A DNA stretch of 48,939 nt from Desulfobacterales bacterium. Lineage in GTDB: Bacteria; Desulfobacterota; Syntrophobacteria; B119-G9. Below, in pieces: positions 20,732-30,850 of the stretch. A program made the position numbers and the translations under genes. The notes under the pieces were generated by a model that saw only the letters and a program-made list of their open reading frames with translations, did no database searches and was not told the DNA's origin. The stretch spans positions 1 through 48,939 of the forward strand of contig JALSTM010000181.1 of the NCBI GenBank assembly GCA_026983715.1, in the 5' to 3' direction. The first letter of the stretch is position 1; each line of letters starts with the position of its first letter.

Positions 20732-20940
20732 GGCAAACCCTAATAGATTCGGATTTCCGGCACCAGGTATTATTTAAGTAGGGCCATAATATCTTAGATC
20801 TGCCATTCCGGCCGAATCAAGGCAGAAAACCGGAATCCATCACCGTTTCTGCGGATTCCTGATCCAAGCCTGCCTCTTATTAGCTTGAAGGAACTCGACG
20901 TGCAAAAGAGGTGCTTGGATATCTAAGTAAGAGGCTCTTA
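20732..20940 (+). repeat. MITE-like family B, diverged copy
   Basis: Colinear by eye with 46912-47128 (AAGTAGG, CCATTCCGGCCG..CCGGAATC, CAAGCCTGCCTCT, CTAAGTAA). Confidence 0.55.
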
Positions 20941-21093
20941 AAGCCACGTATCGCAAGGAGTTTTGGACGCCGAGGGCTAGGTGAGAAAATACTCAAAAAA
21001 TCTCGTTGATGGACTTGTCTAACTTAAAAAGGCAATCGCTCTACACTCTGAATAGAGTGACGGATTTGCAGTTTTGCCAATATATATTATTGA

Positions 21094-21167
21094 TGCCCTC
21101 GGCAGGACTCGAACCTGCGGCACCCGGATTAGGAATCCGGCGCTCTATCCTCCTGAGCTACGAGGGC
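21094..21167 (-). tRNA. tRNA-Arg (anticodon CCT)
   Basis: GCCCTCG/CGAGGGC acceptor stem, CCGGA-TTCCTAA-TCCGG anticodon arm and GGTTCGAGTCC T-arm. Followed by TCA rather than CCA. Confidence 0.96.
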
Positions 21168-21289
21168 ATAAAAACTAGTATTTCGTATCATTACAACCGG
21201 TGCTTGTCAAGGTGTATGTAAGGCATCTCCGGACCAGGTTATCTCAATATATTGCGGATATCCCCCGACTAGACTAAGAATCCGATGAC

Positions 21290-22171
21290 CTATAAAGCCC
21301 TCATCCACTCCGGTTTAAGTGCGACCTCTCCCCTTAGCGCCGAATCTATAAGCGCTAACACCTTCTCCTTATCCTTCGGCATTCTTGCTTTTATGGGGAG
21401 ATAATTAGATGCATGGTTAGCCATGAAAAGGCCTTTCATGTCAGTACATCTAAACATTTCCCTAAGTTCCATCAGCAATTTTCGCTGCCCCATTAGCTTA
21501 AAGTGCCCGGCCTTTACGTCTTCCGCAAGGGGCGTATTGGGCAAAATCATCACCGTAAGAGCACCTACATAATCCGGCTGCATTTCACTTAACAACCGAC
21601 CTGTTGCCTGGGCATGCCTAAGTGAACTCTCTTCTCCCGCGATACCGAGCAAAACCGTTACGGAAAGTTTTATACCTGCGTTTTTGACCCTCTTTCCCTG
21701 TTTAACCAGATTTTCAGCCGAAGTCCCCTTGCGAATTTTTCTTAAAGTTTCGTTATCTCCACTTTCCACTCCCAGGTAAACTATTCCCAAGCCTTTTTCC
21801 CTGAGTTCCAGTAGCTCATCATCGCTTTTCATCCTGATACTCTTGGCATTGGCATATGTCCCTACCCGTCGCACCCAGGGCAGATGTTCACGGATCCTAT
21901 CCAGGATCCATACAAGCCTTCTTTGCGGAATAATTAGCGCATCACCATCCATCAAGAACACTCGGTGCTGGTTTTTCATGTACTTTGAAGCAAACACTAT
22001 GTCACTTAGGATTGTTTCATCATCCTTGATTGCGAAACGCTTATCCTTGTAACTCCCGCAAAAAGTACACTTATTGTGGGAACATCCCAGGGTGACTTGT
22101 AACAAAATGCTGTTAGCTTCACTCGGCGGCCTGATAATTAGCCCCTCATAATGCATTCCATCGGCAAGCAT
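21290..22171 (-). CDS. Radical SAM protein
   Basis: RPPSEA, GCSHNKCTFC, FLMDGDAL, GVESG and NHASNY. Confidence 0.9.
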   Translation of the reverse strand: MLADGMHYEGLIIRPPSEANSILLQVTLGCSHNKCTFCGSYKDKRFAIKDDETILSDIVFASKYMKNQHRVFLMDGDALIIPQRRLVWILDRIREHLPWVRRVGTYANAKSIRMKSDDELLELREKGLGIVYLGVESGDNETLRKIRKGTSAENLVKQGKRVKNAGIKLSVTVLLGIAGEESSLRHAQATGRLLSEMQPDYVGALTVMILPNTPLAEDVKAGHFKLMGQRKLLMELREMFRCTDMKGLFMANHASNYLPIKARMPKDKEKVLALIDSALRGEVALKPEWMRAL

Positions 22172-22296
22172 AACCACTCCACTGTCAGCCAGACCTTTTA
22201 CAGTTTAACACGCGACTTTACATCTCAATTTCCACGCACGTAGCGAAATTCGCATCTTTTATCCCACGCATGCGCAAATAGCAACACCGATATACC

Positions 22297-22878
22297 CTAG
22301 GTTTCCAACCGAATCATTCCCTTGGTGAAACAGAGTTCCGGCAACCTGGGCTCTTCTTCTATTGTGGCCATCTTTTTCTCTTTTTCCGCCAAGGCTTCTT
22401 CAAACCTTGCCGGATCTTCAAGTGGAGCCACATAGCCATACTTTTCTTTCAGCATCTCTTCGTAGCCTTCCGTCACATGCAATACCGCATGGTCGAAGAA
22501 TCTTACCAGCAGAAATGAAGTCTCCAGGATCTGGTTTAGATCGAGACTGGAGTTAACATCTCTTTCAGCCGTCATAAACTCCCAGAGCTTCCTCTTCGTG
22601 AGATACAATGCGCTTATCACTTCCGGCAACGCTATTCCCTGTTGAAAACGCTGCTTACCGAGGTTCCGGTAATGCTCTTTCACCTCCCCTCGTTCATTGT
22701 CTTCGCTCAACCAGTAACTAAACCGGCTACAGATGTCATGAATCATATCAAAAAGAGTATTTTCACCGATGTTTCGATAAGATGTAGTGGTTGGATGACT
22801 TAGTATCTGTTTTACAATTGATCTTGATAACTCCGAAGCATTGCTCTGGATTAACTCAACAAGTCTTTTGGTCAACAT
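22297..22878 (-). CDS. RsbRD_N / globin-like sensor-domain protein
   Basis: Helical, with YxxLGxxRxxxGxxLxE and RFFDxA patterns; paralogous to the neighbouring gene. Confidence 0.65.
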   Translation of the reverse strand: MLTKRLVELIQSNASELSRSIVKQILSHPTTTSYRNIGENTLFDMIHDICSRFSYWLSEDNERGEVKEHYRNLGKQRFQQGIALPEVISALYLTKRKLWEFMTAERDVNSSLDLNQILETSFLLVRFFDHAVLHVTEGYEEMLKEKYGYVAPLEDPARFEEALAEKEKKMATIEEEPRLPELCFTKGMIRLET

Positions 22879-22910
22879 AGCGCCCCCCTTTGTTTACAAT
22901 TTTTAACCTA

Positions 22911-23345
22911 TTAGACTCCCAAAGACTTATAGTAACCTAACGTTGTGTAATAAATAGCAAAATCAAAAAACCGGTTCAGATACGTGATTAAGTCTATGCC
23001 AGAGTTTAGTTCTGCAGGTGCATCCATCAGCCCCTTTTGCGATACGGTGTCCCAGATATGCCTCTTGGTAAGGATGAGATACCGCACCAGTTCTCGTAGA
23101 GGGAAGCCCTCCATTCGTCGTCTTTTACCCAGTTCCATATAGTACGATTTTACGTCCCCTTTTTCGGGATCTCTCATCAACCAGTACCCAATACGGCTAT
23201 AAAGTGCATGAATATCTTCGTATAAGGCCTCATCATCAAGCGTCCTGAACGACTTGGTATCAGGATTGTTCAGAAGCCTGGACTTCAGATCTTCTGCCAT
23301 GGCTGGCGCATTTTTCTCTATCATCTCAATCATTTTTTCCAGCAT
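22911..23345 (-). CDS. RsbRD_N / globin-like sensor-domain protein (paralog)
   Basis: YMELGKRRRMEGFPLRE and RFFDFA; AAGGAGG RBS before ATG 23345. Confidence 0.65.
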   Translation of the reverse strand: MLEKMIEMIEKNAPAMAEDLKSRLLNNPDTKSFRTLDDEALYEDIHALYSRIGYWLMRDPEKGDVKSYYMELGKRRRMEGFPLRELVRYLILTKRHIWDTVSQKGLMDAPAELNSGIDLITYLNRFFDFAIYYTTLGYYKSLGV

Positions 23346-23570
23346 GGTCCCCTCCTTTCTTTGAACGGCTTGCATCTAGTTCCAATGCCCAAAATCCGAC
23401 CTATCCATCTTTTAACATAAGTATATTCCGAGATCCCGGAATCTTCTACCCTCAAACGGGGAAAATGATACTAAACAGTTAGCCTTAATTTTCTTTACCG
23501 CCGTACGTTATTTTGTTAGTCTTTATCCGCTTTGCCGAAGATTTATAAACCCAGTTATTAAGGAGCTACT

Positions 23571-24206
23571 ATGATAATTGAACAACTTGAAGTAGGAAAT
23601 TTTGCTGTTTTTGCGTACGTTGTCGGATGCCCGGAAACGGGTGAAGGGATAGTAATTGATCCTGCAGACGAAGTTGACAGAATTCTCAAAACTGCTACCA
23701 GAAAAGGAATAAAGAACATCAAGTACATTGTTAACACTCATTGTCATGCTGATCATTGCGGTGGGAATAGGGAGTTGAAAGAAAAGACTGGCGCCAAGAT
23801 AGTTATCCATGAGGATGACGCCGAAAGACTGGCAAATCCTTCTCCATTTATTTTGCAGCTTTTTAGATGTGAAGCTTCGCCTCCGGCCGACGAGACCGTT
23901 ACTCACGGGGACAAAATTGAATTCGGCAATGAATCTTTAGAAGTGATTCATACCCCGGGGCATACGCCCGGCGGGATGTGCCTTTACACCCCGGGGCACG
24001 TTTTTACCGGCGACACCTTGTTTGTCGGCAGCATAGGCAGAACAGATCTTCCGGGAGGCTCAATGCAGAAATTGCTAAATTCAATAAAAACCAAACTCCT
24101 CGTTCTCCCTGAAGATACAATTGTATATCCAGGACATAACTATGGATCTTTCCCGAAGTCGACCATTGGTCAGGAAAAGAAATATAACCCTTTCCTCAAG
24201 TGGTAG
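23571..24206 (+). CDS. MBL-fold metallohydrolase (glyoxalase II-like)
   Basis: THCHADH, TPGHTPG, FTGDTLF and PGH. Confidence 0.92.
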   Translation: MIIEQLEVGNFAVFAYVVGCPETGEGIVIDPADEVDRILKTATRKGIKNIKYIVNTHCHADHCGGNRELKEKTGAKIVIHEDDAERLANPSPFILQLFRCEASPPADETVTHGDKIEFGNESLEVIHTPGHTPGGMCLYTPGHVFTGDTLFVGSIGRTDLPGGSMQKLLNSIKTKLLVLPEDTIVYPGHNYGSFPKSTIGQEKKYNPFLKW

Positions 24207-24301
24207 GTTGGACAAAAAACAAGCAGTGCTTCCTAGCATGTGTTGCCTTCCAAACGAATTGAGGTGAAAATAAAAGAAAATCTCACCTTCGGAGGCTTCA
24301 C

Positions 24302-25558
24302 TTGCAAGAAACTGTTGACACACAAACAGCGAAGAAGTGGAGAAAGCAGGTACAGGCCATCGGTTTTAGAGGAGCGGTAATTGCGCTTCTAAAAGAGCAC
24401 GTTGCAACCATCGAGAACATAGAGAAACTAAGAACCACGATAAAAAGGCTCCGCAAATACGAACCAGATCTTGAAATTATCCAACAACTGCTAAGAAACA
24501 AACATTGGAAACATGATGTTGAAGGTATTATAGAAAGGCTACCTCACACAAATGCAGAGCCGGAAGTACTTTTCGTATTTCGAGGAGGCGGAAACGTTCC
24601 GACCATACCGGCTACGGACGGAAAGAAGGTATACTTTAGCAGCGGCCAGACTCTTTACTCCGATGATGCCATTACAGGACAAGTATCCTGGCGAAAGAAA
24701 CACCCTCAAAAGACTTGGCAGCAGGTATTACTAAAAAATCACATCCTTTACGCTGCTTCCGGTAAAATTCTATATGCATTGGATAAAACCAGCGGTCGTC
24801 TACTATGGAAATTTCAGAGCACAAAGGACCTAACTTCACCTTTCTGCTCGAAGGATCACGTTTTCATTGGTTCTTACCAGGGGACTTTATATGCGCTCAA
24901 CTCCCAAGACGGCCAAAAATGCTGGACATTTAACGTGTCAAAAAGAATTGATGTTGGTAACAGTACCTGGCATGGACTTGTTTTCGCCGCATCGGAGCAA
25001 GGCACTGTCTATGGAATAAGGATCAGTGACGGAGAGTGCGTGTGGAACTTCAGTGTATCTTCCAGGATTGGTAGTATCCCTTCGGTCAAGTATGGGCTTG
25101 TGGTTTTCGGGGCGGAAGATTACAAAATCTATGCTCTTCTGGCAAACAGCGGACAGCTTTATTGGGAATTTATGACGGGCGGAAAGGTTCATGCTACGCC
25201 CCATATAGCGGGTGATGTGGTTTACTGTGGATCCAGAGACAGGCATCTTTACGCTATAGACATAGAAGCCGGGAAAGAATTTTGGCGATTCAAGGCTCTT
25301 GGTTATGTCTCTTCACCAACGGTTTCGGGTAACATGGCCTATTTTTCTACCCCTGGAAGAATATATGCCGTGAGCACCAAAGGCCACAAGATGAGGTGGT
25401 GTTTCCCCCTCGGGTTTCCAGTAGCTACTGCCCCCGTGGTTGAAGGAAGAAAGCTTTACACAGGCACCGTAGAGGGGCAGTTGATATGCATTAAACTTGA
25501 AGAAAAACTAACTGAACAGACTGCAGCAAGGGTTCTAAAAAGGTTCATGGAGAAATAA
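24302..25558 (+). CDS. PQQ-like beta-propeller repeat protein
   Basis: Repeated LYA(L/I)D...GxxxW units; TTG start after GGAGG; no signal peptide. Confidence 0.85.
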   Translation: MQETVDTQTAKKWRKQVQAIGFRGAVIALLKEHVATIENIEKLRTTIKRLRKYEPDLEIIQQLLRNKHWKHDVEGIIERLPHTNAEPEVLFVFRGGGNVPTIPATDGKKVYFSSGQTLYSDDAITGQVSWRKKHPQKTWQQVLLKNHILYAASGKILYALDKTSGRLLWKFQSTKDLTSPFCSKDHVFIGSYQGTLYALNSQDGQKCWTFNVSKRIDVGNSTWHGLVFAASEQGTVYGIRISDGECVWNFSVSSRIGSIPSVKYGLVVFGAEDYKIYALLANSGQLYWEFMTGGKVHATPHIAGDVVYCGSRDRHLYAIDIEAGKEFWRFKALGYVSSPTVSGNMAYFSTPGRIYAVSTKGHKMRWCFPLGFPVATAPVVEGRKLYTGTVEGQLICIKLEEKLTEQTAARVLKRFMEK

Positions 25559-25624
25559 ATCGCCGGGAAAGTTCCAATAGGAACGACCCATTAGACATTG
25601 AACTAAAACCGGTAAATAGAGTCG

Positions 25625-26517
25625 ATGATTGATGTTGAAAAAACAAAACAAAGGCTGAAATCCCATCTTACTACACTTACGATCGAGATCGGCGAAAGGA
25701 GCGTCCGTTTTCTACCGAACCTTTCCAAGGCAGCAAGCCATATCGAGAATTTTTATCATGAAATAGGATTGTCCGTAGAGAGAGAAACATACAGCTTCAG
25801 AGGTCAAGAGGTAGCAAACGTAATATCTTACGCCGGTGAGACAATCAGTTTTACACGGAATTACATTGTGGGAGCTCACTACGATTCAGTGGCAGGTACC
25901 GTGGGCGCCGATGACAATGCGAGTGCCGTAGCCGTGCAACTGGAAACTGCCAGGGAATTGTCAAACCTGTTCTCAAAAAAACCATCCAAAACAAGGGTTA
26001 AGTTTGTTTCTTTCGCCCTTGAAGAACCTCCAGCCTTCGGAACCCGCCACATGGGAAGTAAAGTTCACGCGAGAGCCTGCAAAAAGGCCAGGGAAAAGCT
26101 GGATGGGATGCTTTGCCTGGAAATGGTCGGTTATACATGTTTTGAACCGGGGTGCCAGAAATATCCCTTCCCTTTGATGTTCATGGACTATCCCAAAATT
26201 GGAAACTATGTGGGCATCGTGGGAAACTTGCGTTCAAAGCCTCTCACCGAGTCAATTTACGAAGCATTTAGCAAAACCCCAATCTTCCGGTGGTTAAACT
26301 GACCGTTCCTCTCGGGGGATACACGTTACCTTCAGTTGGCCTGAGTGATCATTCCTCGTTCTGGCACCAAGGTTATAAGGCCGTGATGATCACAGACACT
26401 GCTTTTTACCGCAATCCTCATTACCATAGGCCAAGCGATACGATGGATAAACTCGACTTTAACTTCATGGCAGAACTGGTTAAAAGTCTTGTAATCTTTT
26501 TTGATCAGGCTAGTTAA
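25625..26517 (+). pseudogene. M28 family peptidase split by a single-base frameshift near 26273-26276
   Basis: First frame has GAHYDS, GADDNAS, EEPP and LEMVG; second frame has SDHxSFW, ITDTA and YH. One extra A in the AAAA run joins the frames. Confidence 0.85.
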
Positions 26518-26541
26518 ACCTTTACAAATTCTCGGTTACAT

Positions 26542-26925
26542 TCATCGAATCAAGCGAACCAGCGTTAATGGATAACGGTAAACCTCACCGTTGCTTGTCT
26601 TTACTCCCGCTATGACTACAAACACCACGTCAATGATGGTTAGGAAGATGAGAAAACTAACCCCTTTAATGGATAGCCCCAGGGCCGCTAGCACTACTCC
26701 ATAGAGGGTCATGGCAATCTGAAAATTGAGTGATTCCTTCCCGGCGTAATCGACAAACTGTGACTCTTTCCTCTTTAGCAGCCAGACTACAAGTGGCGAA
26801 ACAAGGTGTCCAAAGGGAATCCAGATGTCGGTACCCGTTGGGACCCACCAGATAATTCCGAGTAGTGCCGAAAAATGGCAAAGAGAAGCCCAGGTTAAAT
26901 GATTTTCATTTCCGTGTTCTTCCAT
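26542..26925 (-). CDS. DUF4870 family membrane protein
   Basis: WASLCHFS, PLVVWL, KESLNFQI and YRYP. Confidence 0.88.
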   Translation of the reverse strand: MEEHGNENHLTWASLCHFSALLGIIWWVPTGTDIWIPFGHLVSPLVVWLLKRKESQFVDYAGKESLNFQIAMTLYGVVLAALGLSIKGVSFLIFLTIIDVVFVVIAGVKTSNGEVYRYPLTLVRLIR

Positions 26926-26998
26926 GAAATCTTTCCTCGATTGTCAATCAAAAGCGCATCGGGTCAGGGGCTAATAGTAACCCCGGAACATGAGCGAG

Positions 26999-27064
26999 GT
27001 AGCCCACGGTTTTAGCCGTGGGAAGATACACCAAGGGATACCCCCGAACCGATTTATCGGTTTC
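26999..27064 (+). repeat. GTAG-type REP-like double palindrome (family D)
   Basis: GTAGCCCACGGTTTTAGCCGTGGG...AACCGATTTATCGGTTTC; homologous copies at 31196-31354. Confidence 0.7.
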
Positions 27065-27122
27065 TTACCTCCTCTAATATTCACCATAGAGTCGATCTAT
27101 CTACCCAGCCTTGGCTTCCCTT

Positions 27123-27590
27123 TCATGAATCCATTAACATTGCCATTAATTCCGGAACAGTCTTCTTTGGGCTAATCTTGTACCACGCATTTAATATTCT
27201 GCCATTTTCATCAATCAGAAACGCAGATCGTATTATCCCCTCAACAGTTTTCCCGTACATCTTTTTTTCGCCCCACGCTCCGAATGCCTCGGCTACCTTG
27301 TGATCCTCGTCAGACAGCAAAGGGAAACCGAGTGCGTGCTTTTCGTCAAACTTCTTCTGTCTTTCGGGAGAATCCGGACTGATTCCGATAGGCACCACAT
27401 TATGTTTCTTCAGGTCACCAAGCGCCGAACTGACACTTTTAGCCTGTGTCGTTCATCCACTGGTCATAGCCTTCGGATAGAAAAAAATGAAAACCTTCTT
27501 GCCTTTAAAATCTACCAGTGAAACTTGGTTGCCATTCTGATCAAGTAGAGTAAATTCCGGAGCTTCGTCACGTTGTTGAAGTTTACCCAT
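27123..27590 (-). CDS. bcp: Peroxiredoxin BCP/PrxQ, probable selenoprotein (in-frame TGA at codon 46)
   Basis: ATG 27590 after GGAGGTGG. Reads APEFTLLDQNG...FFYPKAMTSG(TGA)TTQA and continues in frame to GISPD, FPLLSD and RSAFLID. The TGA (27453-27455) is at the peroxidatic Cys position. Confidence 0.9.
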
Positions 27591-27658
27591 AAATCCACCT
27601 CCCCGTACAAGTCAAAACTATATGCCGATGAACATGTCCAGTCACCTTTGATTTCCAA

Positions 27659-28306
27659 TCATGCCACTGACGCAAGGGCTTTCAACAATTCCATAGTTAT
27701 CCCGAGACCCTTTTTAACGTCTTTGTCTGCCATTGTCCACGGCATACTTAAAATTCCAACACTTTTTGCCCCGGATAAATCAACTCTGGATGGGACCTCG
27801 GACAATTTCACCAGAAAATTAACGGCTTGCGGAGACGTAAGACTTTTCGCGGCTCCTAGAAGCTCAACTATTCCCTCACCAATATGGTCTATATCTTCTG
27901 GAGTATAGGTCTCTGCGATCCTGTTCAGAATGTTTAAAAAACTTCCCAGTATGCGAAACACGCCTTTTTGTTCCAATTCGTCCAAAGCTGCAATAAGCTG
28001 TGGCACAGTCGACTTCAGTAGAGGTTCAGCAGTGGTTGCAAAATCGATTAAATTTTTCATCTGATCAAGAACAAAAATGAGGTTTCTCACGTTTCTCATT
28101 GTCTTTTTTATGAGAAAAATCAGGTCTTCAAACTGGAAATCCGCTTCAATATCGGCCAGCTCTTCTATCAAAGCACGTACCGCTTCATTGACCCTTGGGG
28201 TCAAGTCTTCACGCAACTCCTTGAGGGCCTTTGCCGATTCTTCCAGAGGCACAAGCTGGTTCTCAATCCGGCTTAGGCGTTCTAGTATTTCTTTTTCCCT
28301 TTCCAT
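27659..28306 (-). CDS. DUF1641 domain protein
   Basis: Helical protein ending DKDVKKGLG, immediately downstream of sqr. Confidence 0.8.
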   Translation of the reverse strand: MEREKEILERLSRIENQLVPLEESAKALKELREDLTPRVNEAVRALIEELADIEADFQFEDLIFLIKKTMRNVRNLIFVLDQMKNLIDFATTAEPLLKSTVPQLIAALDELEQKGVFRILGSFLNILNRIAETYTPEDIDHIGEGIVELLGAAKSLTSPQAVNFLVKLSEVPSRVDLSGAKSVGILSMPWTMADKDVKKGLGITMELLKALASVA

Positions 28307-28320
28307 TACTCTCCTCCCCC

Positions 28321-29553
28321 TTAAGCAATCTTTCTTATTTTTCCTGCTATGTTCATCTGCGGCTCAAGAGGCATATCAAGCCCTTTCATCATGAGGTTCC
28401 AGTAAACCCACCTGAACATCATCTTGCCCCAGTGGTTACTCAGCGTTTCATCCAGTAGAGTAAAGGGGCCAATCCCCGGGAAAGGAAATTTACCCGGTAG
28501 TGGTTCAACCTCGTAATTGAAATCAAGGAGTATCGCCTTCTCAAAACCTGACGCAAGGAAACAGGTAGCATGACCATCGAATTTCGGTAGAGCCTCATGT
28601 CGGTCAATTTCTCTCACCATGTTTTCAACCACTGTGTAAGACATGTAGTGTGCCACTGAACCCGCTTTTGAAGTGGGAACGTTTGTGGCATCACCGATTA
28701 CAAATATCCTGTCAACTTTCTCGGCTTTCAAGGTGTGTTTATCGGTAAGTACATATCCCATGGGGTCTCCCAGGCCGGATTCGATCACAGGGTCGCTTCC
28801 GAAATTGGGAGGTATAGCTACCAAAAGGTCATAACCCACTTTATCGCCCTTGTATGATTCGATGGTCTTCTCCTTAGCATTAACACTCGCAAGGTCAAAA
28901 TTTGTAGTTACTTTTATCTTCTTCTTTTCTGCTATTCTCCCAAGCGCCTTTGCAGCCACCGGTTTCGTGAAGGCACCGTCCAGCGGCGTGACAAGTTCTA
29001 TTTCAACCCTGTCTCTGACACCATTTACCGTAAAAAACCAGTCCGCCATGAAAACAAACTCCAGAGGCGCTATGGGACACTTGAACGGTAACTCGGCAAT
29101 GTTTACCACTACCTTGCCTGAATCGAAATACTTGAGCTTTTTCCGGAGAAGCAAAGACCCTTCAAGCGTGTAAAAATCAAATATTTCCTTTCGCCATCCA
29201 TCAAGCATACCCTCAACCTGATCAGGCTTGATGTCACAACCTGTAGCAATTACGAGCCAATCGTAATGATACTTTCCAAGCCGTGTTTCAACTTGCCTCA
29301 AATCAGGATCAATTTTTGTAACTTCGTCAACAATAAATTCGACACCTTTGGGGATAAATTCTTTTTTAGGTTTCAATACGTCATCCTTTGAATAGATACC
29401 AAAAGGAATGAACAGGTAACCTGCCTGAAAATGGTGTTTTTCGTCCTTATCAATTATCAAGATCTCCCATTCGGACTCATCGAGTTCCTTTCTCAGGTTA
29501 GCAGCCACCATGGTGCCGCCAGCCCCTGATCCTAAAATTATTACCCTTCTCAT
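28321..29553 (-). CDS. sqr: Sulfide:quinone oxidoreductase (type III-like)
   Basis: GSGAGG FAD motif, FKCPIAPLE, IGDAT..PTSKAG, GHATCF and C-terminal HWGK..F.W.YW. Confidence 0.85.
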   Translation of the reverse strand: MRRVIILGSGAGGTMVAANLRKELDESEWEILIIDKDEKHHFQAGYLFIPFGIYSKDDVLKPKKEFIPKGVEFIVDEVTKIDPDLRQVETRLGKYHYDWLVIATGCDIKPDQVEGMLDGWRKEIFDFYTLEGSLLLRKKLKYFDSGKVVVNIAELPFKCPIAPLEFVFMADWFFTVNGVRDRVEIELVTPLDGAFTKPVAAKALGRIAEKKKIKVTTNFDLASVNAKEKTIESYKGDKVGYDLLVAIPPNFGSDPVIESGLGDPMGYVLTDKHTLKAEKVDRIFVIGDATNVPTSKAGSVAHYMSYTVVENMVREIDRHEALPKFDGHATCFLASGFEKAILLDFNYEVEPLPGKFPFPGIGPFTLLDETLSNHWGKMMFRWVYWNLMMKGLDMPLEPQMNIAGKIRKIA

Positions 29554-29668
29554 ACTTTCTACCTCCTCCTCAATGAGTTATAATAAATTTCTAGTTTATT
29601 AGTAGACTATAATATCATGAAAAACTTAAATGTCGAATTCATTTTTTAAAAAGAGGGGTGTGCGGGAC

Positions 29669-30262
29669 ATGAAATACACCGGAATTAATCATCTTGCAAT
29701 GGTAACCAAGGACATGGATAAAACCGTAAGGTTCTGGCGTGATTTACTGGGGCTTAGGCTTGTTGTAGGAATGGGGAAACCCGGTTATCGTCACTATTTT
29801 TTCGAGCTCTCAGAAAGTGACATGATAGCTTTTTTCGAGTGGCCTGAGGCAGAAGGAATAGAAGAAAAAGACCATGGCTACCCCGTCACGGGTCCCATTG
29901 TATTTGATCACGTCGCCATGGGAGTAGAAAACGAGGAATCGCTCTGGGAAATAAAAGCGCGACTTGAAGCAGCCGATTTCTGGGTATCCGAAGTAATCGA
30001 TCACGGTTTTATCTATTCGGTTTATTCTTTTGATCCTAACGGCATTGCTATAGAGTTCAGCTGTTATACGAAAGAGTTGGATGTTAGGAAAGAACCGGTG
30101 ATGATTGACAGGAATCCATCCCGGGTGACAATGGAAGGTCCAGAGCCTAGGCCGAATAAATGGCCAATGCCTAATAAACCACCTGCCGCGGACGATCGCA
30201 ACAGGTATCCAGGCGAAGGTAGGGAATTGATTGAAAAAAAACCTCTAAATAAGTTCAAATGA
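29669..30262 (+). CDS. VOC (glyoxalase/bleomycin resistance) family protein
   Basis: INHLAM, FDHVAM and SVYSFDPNGIAIE. Confidence 0.88.
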   Translation: MKYTGINHLAMVTKDMDKTVRFWRDLLGLRLVVGMGKPGYRHYFFELSESDMIAFFEWPEAEGIEEKDHGYPVTGPIVFDHVAMGVENEESLWEIKARLEAADFWVSEVIDHGFIYSVYSFDPNGIAIEFSCYTKELDVRKEPVMIDRNPSRVTMEGPEPRPNKWPMPNKPPAADDRNRYPGEGRELIEKKPLNKFK

Positions 30263-30314
30263 CCTAGCGCGCTATCACACTTTAGTGGTACTCGTGAGGC
30301 TGCTCTATAAAATT

Positions 30315-30548
30315 CCTGAATCCGTGATCGTCCACCTGAGCCGCGGATGCAAGGAAGAGCCCGTCGAACTATAGTACGCTATGTCCGGGGGGCAATGACG
30401 CCGAAGATGGGGTGCACCTCGACGACCCGCAGGCCGTGAAAAGATTACTTGACAAGGCGACGAATAATCCATCCTTACTATGTGACTAACAATCAGCAAT
30501 TTAAACATGTTTCACAAATTAGATATAAAGTTTTGCCACGGATTCGGG
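30315..30548 (-). mobile_element. MITE-like family A, copy 2 (234 bp)
   Basis: Reverse homolog of 1935-2168; flanked by AAT (30311-30313) and AAT (30550-30552). Confidence 0.85.
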
Positions 30549-30582
30549 AAATCAACAATTCTAATCATGGCAAAAGATTTTC

Positions 30583-30604
30583 GGTGGGCTCTGCCCACCC
30601 TACA
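30583..30604 (-). repeat. GTAG-type REP palindrome
   Basis: GGTGGGCTCTGCCCACCCTACA; inverted partner at 30851-30872. Confidence 0.7.
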
Positions 30605-30620
30605 GGGGATTACTTTTAAC

Positions 30621-30815
30621 GGAAGTTCTGATTAATTCTGATTTCTAGGATTACCAAGCAATTAAACAAGTAGGATGAGCACAAGTGAGAAACCGTCATT
30701 CCGGCCGGAGCGAAGCGTAGAGCTGGAATCTATAATTCTCCCGCTGGATGCCGGATCGAGTTCGGCATCACGTGCATGAGGTCATTGGCAAACTAAGTAA
30801 TCAATCAGAGTTTCC
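30621..30815 (+). mobile_element. MITE-like family B
   Basis: TIR GGAAGTTCTGATT/AATCAGAGTTTCC with TAA one base outside each end; internal GTCATTCCGG..GGAATC palindrome; homolog at 46912-47128. Confidence 0.8.
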
Positions 30816-30850
30816 TTAAATTGAGGTTCAACATCCAAAGCTACGAAAAC

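Noticed and set aside
21006-21221. 71-aa ORF
   Set aside because: It is the antisense shadow of tRNA-Arg.
23571-24206. MBL hydrolase as a persulfide dioxygenase partner of SQR
   Set aside because: It is on the opposite strand 4 kb away, and its motifs fit a generic glyoxalase II-like hydrolase.
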